From: Eledone cirrhosa
Lineage: Eukaryota
NCBI GenBank assembly: GCA_964016885.1
Contig: OZ024741.1
Location: forward strand, 27,900,001 to 27,964,000
Reading direction: 5' to 3'
Length of the DNA stretch: 64,000 bases
This document shows positions 53,720 through 64,000 of the stretch, one piece after another. The first letter of the stretch is position 1; the number at the start of each line of letters is the position of its first letter. A model generated the notes under the pieces. It searched no databases. It was not told the DNA's origin and saw only the letters and a program-made list of their open reading frames with translations. The position numbers and the translations under genes were made by a program.

Positions 53720-54190
53720 AACTGGTGCAGCCAGTCATTGTGGTGCCACTCTATGTGCCACTGGTGCAGCCAGTCATTGTGGTGCCACTCTAGATGTGCC
53801 ACTGGTGCAGCCAATCGTTGCGGTGTCACTGGTGCAGCCAGTCGTTGGGGTTCCACTCTAGATGTGCCACTGGTGCAGCCAGTTGTTGGGGTGCTACTGG
53901 TGCAGCCAGTCGTTGGGGTGCCACTCTAGATGTGCCAGTCGTTGGGGTGCCACTCTAGATGTGCCAGTCGTTGGGGTGCCACTCTAGATGTGCCAGTTGT
54001 TGGGATGCCACTCTAGATGTGCCAGTTGTTGGGATGCCACTCTAGATGTGCCAGTTGTTGGGATGCCACTCTAGATGTGCCAGTTGTTGGGATGCCACTC
54101 TAGATGTGCCAGTTGTTGGGAAATGCCACTCTAGATGTGTCACTGGTGCAGCCACTTGTTTGGGTTCCACTCTAGATGTGCCACTTTAGA
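53720..54190. repeat. ~29-bp minisatellite (gccagttgttgggatgccactctagatgt and variants) abutting an RTE fragment (54190-54420, minus)
   Basis: Direct reading; the adjacent ORF VKRQKLAWYGYI...ILQGTIKGRQRGGRHRKSW is RTE C-terminal. Confidence 0.85.
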
Positions 54191-54618
54191 TGCTTTTGCA
54201 GTCAGTTGTCCCCACTGGTCTCTATTCTCTGTCAAGCGTAGAAGGGTCTCAGTGTTGTGACCAATCGAGTCTTTGGTGTTGTCGGACCAGGATTTTCTGT
54301 GTCTTCCTCCTCTTTGCCTTCCTTTGATTGTGCCCTGGAGGATGGTTTTAGACAACGAGTAGTGGCAGGATATATAACCATACCAGGCAAGCTTCTGTCT
54401 TTTCACTCTCACAACGAGTAGGTCCGTCTGCCATCATATTTGTTAACTTGCTGCCTGACAAGGCTCTACAATGTATACCTGTATATCTAGCACCTTAGGT
54501 TAGCTCTACAATATATACATGGATATTTAACACCTTAGGTTAGCTCTACAATGTGTACCTGGATATTTTGCACCTTAGGTTAGCTCTACAATGTATACTT
54601 GTATATCTAGCACCTTAA

Positions 54619-54837
54619 CCCTTTAGCATTCACATTACTCTATAAATACTATTATATTTTCATGGTAAAGGCTTTACCTCACATAATATCTCAAATAATA
54701 TCGAATCTATGAGATTTTGAAAGAATTTATTTTGAGAACAATACCTTAACATCAGTTTAAGCGACCAGTTACAGCCAGTTTCAACATAAAGAGGTAGAGA
54801 ATTCTAGCCGGTTTTGGCTGGTTTGAACATTAAAGGG
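54619..54837. mobile_element. piggyBac-like MITE with TTAA target duplication
   Basis: TTAA|ccctttag...taaaggg|TTAA, inserted in a 40-bp tandem repeat (54460-54860). Confidence 0.75.
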
Positions 54838-54841
54838 TTAA

Positions 54842-55126
<285 letters not shown>

Positions 55127-55688
55127 TAGCACAAGTAATTGGAATTGAAAAGTTATACATACAGGTATTAAATTTTAAAAAATCTAACCATCCTAATATA
55201 TATGATATTTTTCACATGTGAAAGTATTATAGTTTCATTGCATTTACAATACATGCATTCATATCTCTGTTAAAGTTTGATGAAGAAACCAAATCTTATT
55301 TATTTTGTCTGTAAAACAATGGCTTTTGAACTAATCATTATAAGGATAAAACATGTGATTTAAAGCTGACACCTGTGTAGATTTAGCTGGCCTTTTATGA
55401 GGTTGTATCATATAGGAGGTTTCTTGGGTGTTGTAACGATAGGAATCCCAGTCCTATTATGTTGTTGTTACAGCTTACACCTATGTAGGTTTAGCTGGCC
55501 TCCTACCAGGTTGTAATGATATTATGAAAAGTAAATTAAAATGAAGTTACTTGCTAAATAACACAATGTATTGCCAGGTTCAGGAATCAAACCCATGATC
55601 TTATAATTATAAGTCCAACAACCTAACAACTAGGCCACCACTTACACAGTCAAGACAAGTGTAATCTTTTGTTTCATTACATTTGCAG

Positions 55689-55772
55689 GTCATCAACCTT
55701 TTCGAGCAGAAACATTTCAGGAACTTGTTGATCAAATAACAAAGGAAGATTACCCACCTCCTAAGGTTATAG
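55689..55772 (+). CDS. ULK4: ULK4 coding exon 6
   Basis: cag|(G)HQPFRAETFQELVDQITKEDYPPPKVI(G)|gtaat; 84 nt. Confidence 0.92.
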
Positions 55773-56422
55773 GTAATGTTTGTAAATTGTTGAAATATGA
55801 TGATCAGGTTTCCTTTGTTCATTTTGTGAATTTACATGTAAGTGGCTGAACATATATATATGTATATATTTATATCATCATTTAACGTCCATATATATAT
55901 ATACATATATACAGTCCTATACGAGTGATACATGGTTACCTGATCAATCTTGCCTCAAGTGGGACAATTCTCGTCTAACCCATGCTAATGTGGAAGATAG
56001 ACGTTAAATGATGATGATATATATACACATATATACATACATACACACACACACATATTACCAAACAAAAGGGTCAAGAGGATCCTCAGTTGTGTCAATG
56101 ACATGACAGCTTCTCCTGTGTACTTGGTCAAGCAACGAAAAGAAGAGAGAGAGAAAAAGTAAGAGACAGAAAATGCCTGAGAGTGCGATAAATAACTATT
56201 TAATAAAAGAAAATAAAACATTTTCTTTCATTGCCAACCGTTGTTGCCAGCTTGTGTGTTCGTTATTCAAAACACACTTCGTCAACTGAGATGGTTTATG
56301 TTTGGAAAAATTGTTCATGCACCAATTTGTTTGTGATGTGAGGTGTTTGTGAACCAAGGTTCCACTGTATATATAAATTAATGTATAAAATACATTTTTA
56401 TAGACTTTTTCTTTTGATCTAG

Positions 56423-56501
56423 GTTCCCGACCATCCTTAAAACCTTCATCTGAGTTCCTTGATCTTTTGAAAAAACTGCTGGAAAAGGACCCTTCTAAGA
56501 G
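56423..56501 (+). CDS. ULK4: ULK4 coding exon 7
   Basis: tag|(G)SRPSLKPSSEFLDLLKKLLEKDPSK(R)|gtata; 79 nt, kinase subdomain XI. Confidence 0.92.
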
Positions 56502-57454
56502 GTATAACAACTTGATATAATTTTATATTTGAAAGATATATTCTCTGTCAGGTTAAAGTGCTTGGCCACTCGTCAGAGTGAGTTTTGATGTTTGTGTTGT
56601 TGTAAGTGTGGGTTCCTAAACAAGTTACATAATCTCATGACAATTAATTTTCTTTATTCATTAAAAAACATTATACATGACCTCAAAAAATACATTACTA
56701 GAAACCCCATATATTATAAAATAAATAGGATGGGTTGAGGGCCTCAATATGTAAACTAAACGACTAATTCTGTTTTTTTAAAAAAATCAATGGAGACAAC
56801 CTAGAAATTTTACCCCCCCCCCCTCCCATTATTCAAGACCCAAGAATACATGACAAATGTTGACAAATAAGCAAACATATACTGTGAACACACACATGCA
56901 TACATACGTTGTAATCACCCAACCCACATCATAACACCCCACCCCTAGATCTACCTCCCCAATCTCCATGCATCTCCCCTATCCAAGTCCCCAATCCACA
57001 CTATAAAGTGGTCATCTTGGTGCCAACAATGAGCGCCCAGTCCACACAGTAAATGTGGTTGGCATTAAGAAGGGCATCCAGCTGTAGAAACCAAGCCCAA
57101 ATCAGTTCTGTATAAGCAAGAGATGATGATCTGATCTGGCTTGACTCACAATGGGACAGCTCATCTGACCCATGCTATCATGGAAAATGGATGTTAAACG
57201 ACGATGATGATGATGACATGTATTTATATATGACAGGCTTCCTTGCAGTTGCTGTCTACCAGATTCACTGAGAAGACATTGAGTAGCTCAAGGCGATAGT
57301 AGAAGATACTTGCTTAAGGTGTCATGCAGTGAGATAAAACCCCAAACTATTGTGGAGCCAACATTTTCACCACTTTAGACTTTATCTTCATATAATGTTG
57401 ACTGTAGCTCAGTAGAATAAACTGTTGATATATAAGTAGTTTAGTTGGTAGAAA

Positions 57455-57775
57455 GATGGTGGTGGTGGAGTAGTGTTTTGGTGGTGGTGGAGGTGGAGTA
57501 GTGATGGTGTGGTGGTGGTGGAGTAGTGATGGTGGTGGTGGTGGTGGTGTAGTGTTGATGGTGGTGGTGGTGGAGTAGTGATGGTGGTGGTGGAGTAGTG
57601 TTGGTGGTGGTAGAGTAGTGTTGGTGGTGGTGGTGTAGTGTTGGTGGTGGTGGTGTAGTGTTGATGGTGGTGGTGGAGTAGTGATGGTGGTGGTGGAATA
57701 GTGTTGGTGGAGGTGGTGGTGGAGTAGTGATGGTGGTAGTGGAATAGTGTTGGTGGTGGTGGTGGTGCAGCAATG
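57455..57775. repeat. (GGT)n-based compound microsatellite
   Basis: Direct reading. Confidence 0.92.
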
Positions 57776-57806
57776 ATGGGATATAAACCATGAAGTATTT
57801 CATCAA

Positions 57807-58858
57807 TGACAGGACCCTCTCCTGACAGGACCCTCTCTTCTAACAGGACTCTCTTCTGACAGGACTCTCTCTTCTGACAGGACCCTCTCTTCTAACAGGA
57901 CCCTCTCTCCTGACAGGACCCTCTCTTCTGACAGGACTCTCTCTCCTGACAGGACCCTCTCTTCCCACAGGACCTTCTTCTGACAGGACCCTCTACAGGA
58001 CCCTCTCTTCTGACAGGACCCTCTCTCCTGACAGGACCCTCTCTTCTAACAGGACCCTCTCTTCTGACAGGACCCTCTTTCCTGACAGGACCCTCTCTTC
58101 TGACAGGACCCTGTCTTCTAACAGGACCCTCTCTCCTGACAGGACCCTCTCTCCTGACAGGACCTTCTCTTCTGACAGGACCCTCTCTCCTGACAGGACC
58201 CTCTCTTCTAACAGGACCCTCTCTTCTGACAGGACCCTCTCTTCTGACAGGACCCTGTCTTCTAACAGAACCCTCTCTTCTAACAGGACCCTCTCTCCTG
58301 ACAGGACCCTCTCTCCTGACAGGACCCTCTCTCCTGACAGGACCCTCTCTTCTAACAGGACCCTCTCTTCTAACAGGACCCTCTCTCCTGACAGGACCCT
58401 TTCTCGTGACAGGACCCTCTCTTCTAACAGGACCCTCTCCTGACAGGACCCTCTTTTCTGACAGGATCCTCTCTTCTAACAGACCCTCTCCCCTGACAGG
58501 ACCCTCTCTTCTAACAGGACCCTCTCTTCTGACAGGATCCTCTCTTCTAACAGACCCTCTCCCCTGACAGGACCCTCTCTTCTAACAGGACCCTCTCTTC
58601 TGACAGGATCCTCTCTTCTAACAGACCCTCTCTCCTGACAGGACCCTCTCTTCTAACAGGACCCTCTCTTCTAACAGGACCCTCTATCCTGACAGGACCC
58701 TCTCTTCTGACAGGACCCTCTCTTCTGACAGGACCCTCTCTTCTAACAGGGCCCTCTCTCCTGACAGGACCCTCTCTTCTAACAGGGCCCTCTCTCCTGA
58801 CAGGACCCTCTCTTCTAACAGGACCCTCTCTCCTGATAGGACCCTCTTCTGACAGGAC
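57807..58858. repeat. 18-bp minisatellite, consensus TGACAGGACCCTCTCTTC, roughly 58 units, running into an RTE 3' tail (to ~58933)
   Basis: Direct reading; the last unit continues as tctgacaggaccagatggaaggagtg...ggaataagcgggtgaagaggagaagaag. Confidence 0.95.
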
Positions 58859-59034
58859 CAGATGGAAGGAGTGTGTGAGGACTCTGCCCCCACGACCCTC
58901 CCAGGAATAAGCGGGTGAAGAGGAGAAGAAGACTATTTCATCTCGATATCAACTCCTCCTCCTCCTCCTCCTCCTCCCCCTCTCTAAATAAATAACTAAA
59001 ACATTTTATTTTCATATTTGTGAATATTTTACAG

Positions 59035-59306
59035 AATAATTTGGTTTGATCTTATACATCATCCATTTTGGGAAGGAGAGATGGAAAGTTTGTTGAAGGT
59101 GTCTACTGATATTACGTTAAATAGGACCGATGCGTTGAATGGTGAAGGATTAAATGACAGTCAGTTGTCTTCAGGCAGTAACCATAGCAACAGTATACAA
59201 GAAGACATCTCTTTAGCTCCAACTTTTGAAGAAGAACAAACTATGTCTCGGTCAACAACATCAACCCATGATTATGATGTGTCTGTTGCTGATGAAGTAC
59301 ATACTT
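59035..59306 (+). CDS. ULK4: ULK4 coding exon 8 (3' boundary uncertain); gene continues beyond
   Basis: cag|(R)IIWFDLIHHPFWEGEMESLLK... completes the kinase fold in the phase set by exon 7; probable donor GTATGT at 59307, with other GTs possible. Confidence 0.82.
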
Positions 59307-59312
59307 GTATGT

Positions 59313-59851
59313 ATTGTTGTTATTGACGTTGTTGTGGTTGTTGTGGTTGTTGTTGTGGTTGTTGTTGTTGGTGTTGACATTGTTGTGGTTGTTGTGGTTG
59401 TTGTTGTGGTTGTTGTGGTTGTTGACATTGTTGTGGTTGTTATTGTGGTTGGATTGGTTGTGGTTGTTGTGGTTGTTGTTGTGGTTGTTGTTGTTATTGA
59501 CGTTGTTGTGGTTGTGGTTGTTGTGGTTGTTGTTGTTGTTGTGGTTGTGGTTGTTGTTGTGGTTGTTGTTGTTGTTGTGGTTGTTGTGGTTGTTGTTGTT
59601 GTTGTTGTTGTGGTTGTTGTTGTGGTTGTTGTGATTGTTGTGGTTGTTGTTGTTGTGGTTGTTGTTGTTGTTGACATTGTTGTGGTTGTTGTTGTTATTG
59701 GCGTTGTTGTGGTTGTTGTTGTTATTGACGTTGTGGTTGTTATTGTTGTTGTGGCTGTTGTGGTTGCTGTGGTTGTTGTTGTGGTTGTTGAAGTTGTTGA
59801 TGATGTTTGTGTTGATGTTGTTGTGGTTGTTGTTGTTGTGGTTGTTGTTGT

Positions 59852-59882
<31 letters not shown>

Positions 59883-59980
59883 GCTGATGTTGATGTGATT
59901 AATGTTGTTCATGTAGTTGTCATTGATGTTGTTGATATCGATGTTGTTGTTAGTTTTGGTGCTATTGGTGTTGTTGTTGT
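59313..59980. repeat. (GTT)n/(GTG) trinucleotide microsatellite
   Basis: Direct reading; source of the poly-V/N/T/L ORFs. Confidence 0.95.
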
Positions 59981-61669
59981 CATTTAGCTCCATGTCAGCC
60001 ATGATTCAAGTGATCTATGATCAAATGCAGTCTAATCATATCATGTTTTTACTCCATATACTACAGCCTACACATATGCAGGGGTTTAGCTGGCCTCCAA
60101 TGAGGTTATAGAAGTTCCTTGGGTCTTTTAATGATTGGGGTCCTTGTCCTCTCATGTGTGTGTGTGTGTGTGCATAAATGTTATTACAACTCTCATCTAT
60201 ATAGGTTTAGTCTCCTACCAGGTTGTATTTCATAAGAGGTTTCTAGGGTGTTTTATAATAGGGGTCCCAGTCCTATCATGAAAAACAACATGAAAGGAAG
60301 CATTTTGCTCAAGAACACAACACACCACCTGGTCCAAGAATCAGACCTATTATTTTAAGATCATGAATCCAACACCCTAACCACTAGACCATCTGCCTTC
60401 ATTCTATCAATACTACAGCTTCAACTAAATTATCAAATGTGTCCATTTTTTAAAGACATTAAACTGTCACATGAGGGAGATTTGCTTGCTATTTCTAGGC
60501 AGTCAAGTGACTATGTAGGGGCTCCTTCATTTGCTTGGTTTTGTTGAAGTTGTTGTTTGTGGTACAGAAGCAGAAACATTAAAGTTCCCTGTTGCATCTC
60601 TTTTTTTTTTAATGATTAGTCCTGGCTGGATCATTTTCAGGGTTTCCAATACTCTCCTCCCATGACCCTCTCAGGAATAAGTGGGCAAAGAAGAAGAAAT
60701 AGAAGACTAGACAAGTCACAGTAACCTCATCTTGCTTGTATATTCTATGTTTAACATGGTCTCTATGGCTGGATGCCCTTACTAATTCCAGCCACCTTAC
60801 AGAGTGTACTGGGTGCATTTTATCATGGTACCAGCACTAGCGAGGTAGCTGGATGTTTGGTCAACCTGAGGAGTCCTCTCTCCCCTATATTGTGTCCATT
60901 TCATTGCCAACCATTTTCTAGAGTCTACTGGTTATGTTTCATGTCACCAACACTAGAGAAGTCAGGTACACAACAGTACAAGAGGGTCTTCTCTACAAGC
61001 TGTATTGTCTTGGTCTCTTCATCCACAACTTTATGAAGTGTATTCTGTTGTGACACTTCCATTGGTAATTTGTTAGTAGCTTTCATTGAATCTTCTTTGT
61101 TATTTCATCACAGCAATAATGTCTTCACCTGTCATAGACATGAATACTTTCAAACCAAAAACACATACAGCTGGGGAAACCAGTTTAGGAGAAGGTCTCT
61201 TCACCTTGAGGTTTGTATGGTTTCATATTGGTTTCTTACATTCAGCCACCCATGAGCCTTTAACTCCTTATGGAATAGTAGGGGAACCTTTAATCAGATA
61301 TGTACACAGTAGTTATTGAAATATTACATATAAAAGTATCACTCTTAAATAGCTGCTAAGAGAGACTATCTTATGCAATCACATTTTTAAGACATTTCAA
61401 CATTTCAAATTGACACCTTCAACAGTATGTAAATAAGAAAATAGCCCCCATATATAGAACTACAAGTAGACAACATACAAGCTACACCATATATACTCAG
61501 ACTTTAGCAACATATCACATAACTTCCTAGTATCAACACTAATGGTCAAATGTTTAACACTCAACTCAATTTAATAATTAATAATGAACTAGTTAATAAT
61601 GCATAATAACAAACCACACTGTAACTTCACTATTAGATCACTGCATATATTAAATAAATGTATAAATGT

Positions 61670-63040
61670 GATTGTGCCTGGGAAAAGTACAACAGATACC
61701 CTCTTCTTAATGAGACAACTACAAGAGAGGTTCTTAGAGAAGAATAAGCCACTATATTTAGCTTTTGTTGACTTAGAGAAGGCCTTTGATAGGGTACCCC
61801 GATCTGTCATCTGGTGGTCCCTAAGGAAGTTAGGTGTTGAGGAATGGCTTGTGAGGACAGTGCAAGCTTTGTACAGAGGTGCTGTCAGTAAAGTGAGGGT
61901 AGGAATGGAGTTTTGTGAGGAATTTCAGATACAAGTAGGAGTACATCAGGGTTCGGTCCTCAGCCCGCTCTTGTTCATTATAGTCCTCCAAGCCATAATA
62001 GAGGAGTTTAAGACTGGCTGTCCATGGGAACTTCTCTATGCTGACGATCTGGTTCTTATAGCAGAATCAGTAGAGGAGCTATAAGAACCAGAATATAAAT
62101 TCTGGCTATGGAAACAGCAGTTGGACTCAAGAGGACTGCGAGTGAACCTAGCTAAGACAAAAGTGTTGATGAGTAGAAACGAGGACAAAACTCTGATTCC
62201 GTCAGGGAAATGGCCATGTTCGATATGCAGAAAAGGAACTGGCATAAATTCTATAAAATGTACACAATGCAGATCTTGGGTACACAAGACATGTAGCGGG
62301 ATAGCAGGCAAACTAACAGGTAGGGAGAAATATGTATGCAGCAGATGTACAGGGAAATTTGACAGTAGAAGTCGCATTGATAGACACATTTTTCAAATGC
62401 AGGTGGGTGCTATAGAAGTGGTGGATAGCTTCCGGTACCTAGGAGATCAGATTAGCATAGGAGGGGGGGGGTTTGCAAGGCCATAGTATCTAGAATAAGG
62501 ACGGGTTGGAAGAAGTTTAGGGAGCTGCTTCCTCTGCTGACGAAGAAGGGTTTCTTCCTGCATATGAAAGGCGGGTTATATGATGCCTGTGTGAGGTGCG
62601 CGATGCTGCATGGTAGTGAGACATGGGCAGCAACTGCAGAGGATATGCGACCGCTGGAGAGAAATGAGGCAAACATGTTCCGTTGGATGTGCATTGTCAA
62701 CGTACATGAATGACCGAGCATGGATGTGTTGATAGAGAAACTGTGTCTGAGAGAGATAAATTGTAGTGTGTGGGAGAGGAGACTGCGATGGTATGGACAT
62801 GTGATGCGTATGGAGGATGACCGCTGGGTAAAGAAGTTCCAGGAAATGCCAGTTGAAGGAAGACATAGTAGAGGAAGATCACGAAAAACAAGGGCAGAGG
62901 TGGTGAGAGCAGACCTCAGATTGTTGAAACTCACGGAGCAGAAGACGAAGGACTGTGACAAGTAGAGAAATGCTGTGCTGAATAGGATCCGTCCCACCCT
63001 TGCAAGCAGGGAAAAGCGGACGTAAAATGATGATGATGAT
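61670..63040 (+). mobile_element. Diverged RTE LINE (sister subfamily), disrupted, with (GAT)n tail
   Basis: GKSTTDT, FVDLEKAFDRV, GVHQGSVLSP, YADD, WPCSIC...WVHKTC...CSRC, FRYLG, LRWYGHV; stops and frameshifts. Confidence 0.93.
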
Positions 63041-63231
63041 ACAAGGGGGTTCTGAAAAGTTCCTGGCTTTGGGTAAAAGAAAATACAGGAGGATCAGTTA
63101 AATATGATATTCAACATATTCCCCTCTCAGGTTTACACACTTATTGCAACGGTCTTACCTCCGCTGTAAAGGTAACAGCTCTGCCCTTTCATGATACCCT
63201 TGGAGCCAAGTTCTTTTCAGCAACCCCGGTA
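63040..63231. mobile_element. Mariner-like MITE
   Basis: ta-caagggggttctgaaaagttcctggct ... agccaagttcttttcagcaaccccgg-ta. Confidence 0.6.
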
Positions 63232-63442
63232 TTTGTATTAACACTATTTACATAATAATTAGTCGATAAATAATTATAATTAAGGTAAATATCAATCAAT
63301 CAAGATATGTTGACAACACCTGTACAATTAAATATTAGATATTAAAATTCTAAGCTACCTTTCTCACCTACCCTACTATTCCACCACCAAGTCACCCTCC
63401 TCCTTGGAGCCCTGCTCCAGCCACAGATCTTGTCTGTAGCCT

Positions 63443-63835
63443 TCAGCAGATTACTGTTCCTCTATATTGTAAGTCTGTATCTCCTCTTACTGTTAAAAGC
63501 ATCAAGTGAGACACCTCTAAATTTGTTACTGAGTGCTCCCTGGACTTCCCTGTCCTTCTCCTCAAAGTTGCCCTCTCAGTCCACATTAGTTTAGTTCTAA
63601 CTTTAAAGTTGCTAACTACTAGATGTTGAGAGGCACATTCCTCACCAGGAAGGGACTTTGTGCTTACAACCATCAATCTATTTTGTCTTTTGGTGAAAAT
63701 AAAATCTATTGGACTAGTGTGCTCACCTGATCTGTAGATGATCAAGTGGTTGGCTGGTTTTCTGAAGTTTGTGTTACAGAATTCCAGGAGCTTTGACCCT
63801 TCCTCATTTCTCGTAGCAAACTCAAAGCCTTCCAT
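63443..63835 (-). mobile_element. AP-endonuclease fragment of an RTE LINE
   Basis: RNEEGSKLLEFC, NTNFRK...HLI.YRSG...S.IDFI, EEC.SQH.LVV motifs of RTE APE domains. Confidence 0.85.
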
Positions 63836-64000
63836 GTAAATGAAATATAGACGTATATCTAACTTTATATGGCTTGCACTTGAACTAAAACAACAAAAAA
63901 CTACAACCCTTACTTGCTTACAAACCCAGTGACCATATCAAATGACAACTGAAAATTTATAATATTACGGTACGACAAACATCCCACATTCAGTTTCTAT

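Noticed and set aside
59226-60002. 253-aa poly-Val / poly-Asn / poly-Thr ORFs
   Set aside because: Translations of a (GTT)n microsatellite just inside a ULK4 intron.

Overview
Eukaryotic, AT-rich, microsatellite-dense genomic DNA. The RTE LINEs and tRNA-derived SINEs suggest a cephalopod, probably octopus (inferred from repeat types; no database search was possible). Most short ORFs in the track are microsatellite or retroelement noise. Supported genes are: (i) the first coding exon of an endosomal Na+/H+ exchanger (SLC9A6/7/9 type) on the minus strand at ~2.9-3.2 kb; (ii) four near-identical U1 snRNA genes (24.3 kb -, 28.1 kb -, 34.5 kb +, 47.0 kb +) that share promoter motifs and a 3' box; (iii) the first eight coding exons of the pseudokinase ULK4 (47.5-59.3 kb, +). 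The two most striking observations follow. First, all four U1 genes carry a non-canonical U1-70K loop (GAUCAGCUAG) and a non-canonical Sm site (UAUUUCUAAG), while the 5' splice-site-pairing end and the U1A loop are intact. Second, a 3.46-kb TIR-bounded fold-back structure at 43.0-46.5 kb holds four copies (two head-to-head pairs) of RMND5 exon 1 fused to a Tx1/L1-type LINE 3' end. The rest is RTE LINEs with a PHD finger inside the RT, CRE-type retroelement relics, SINEs, MITEs, a Penelope-type hammerhead motif, long hairpins and several minisatellites. Coordinates were read by eye; repeat boundaries are approximate.
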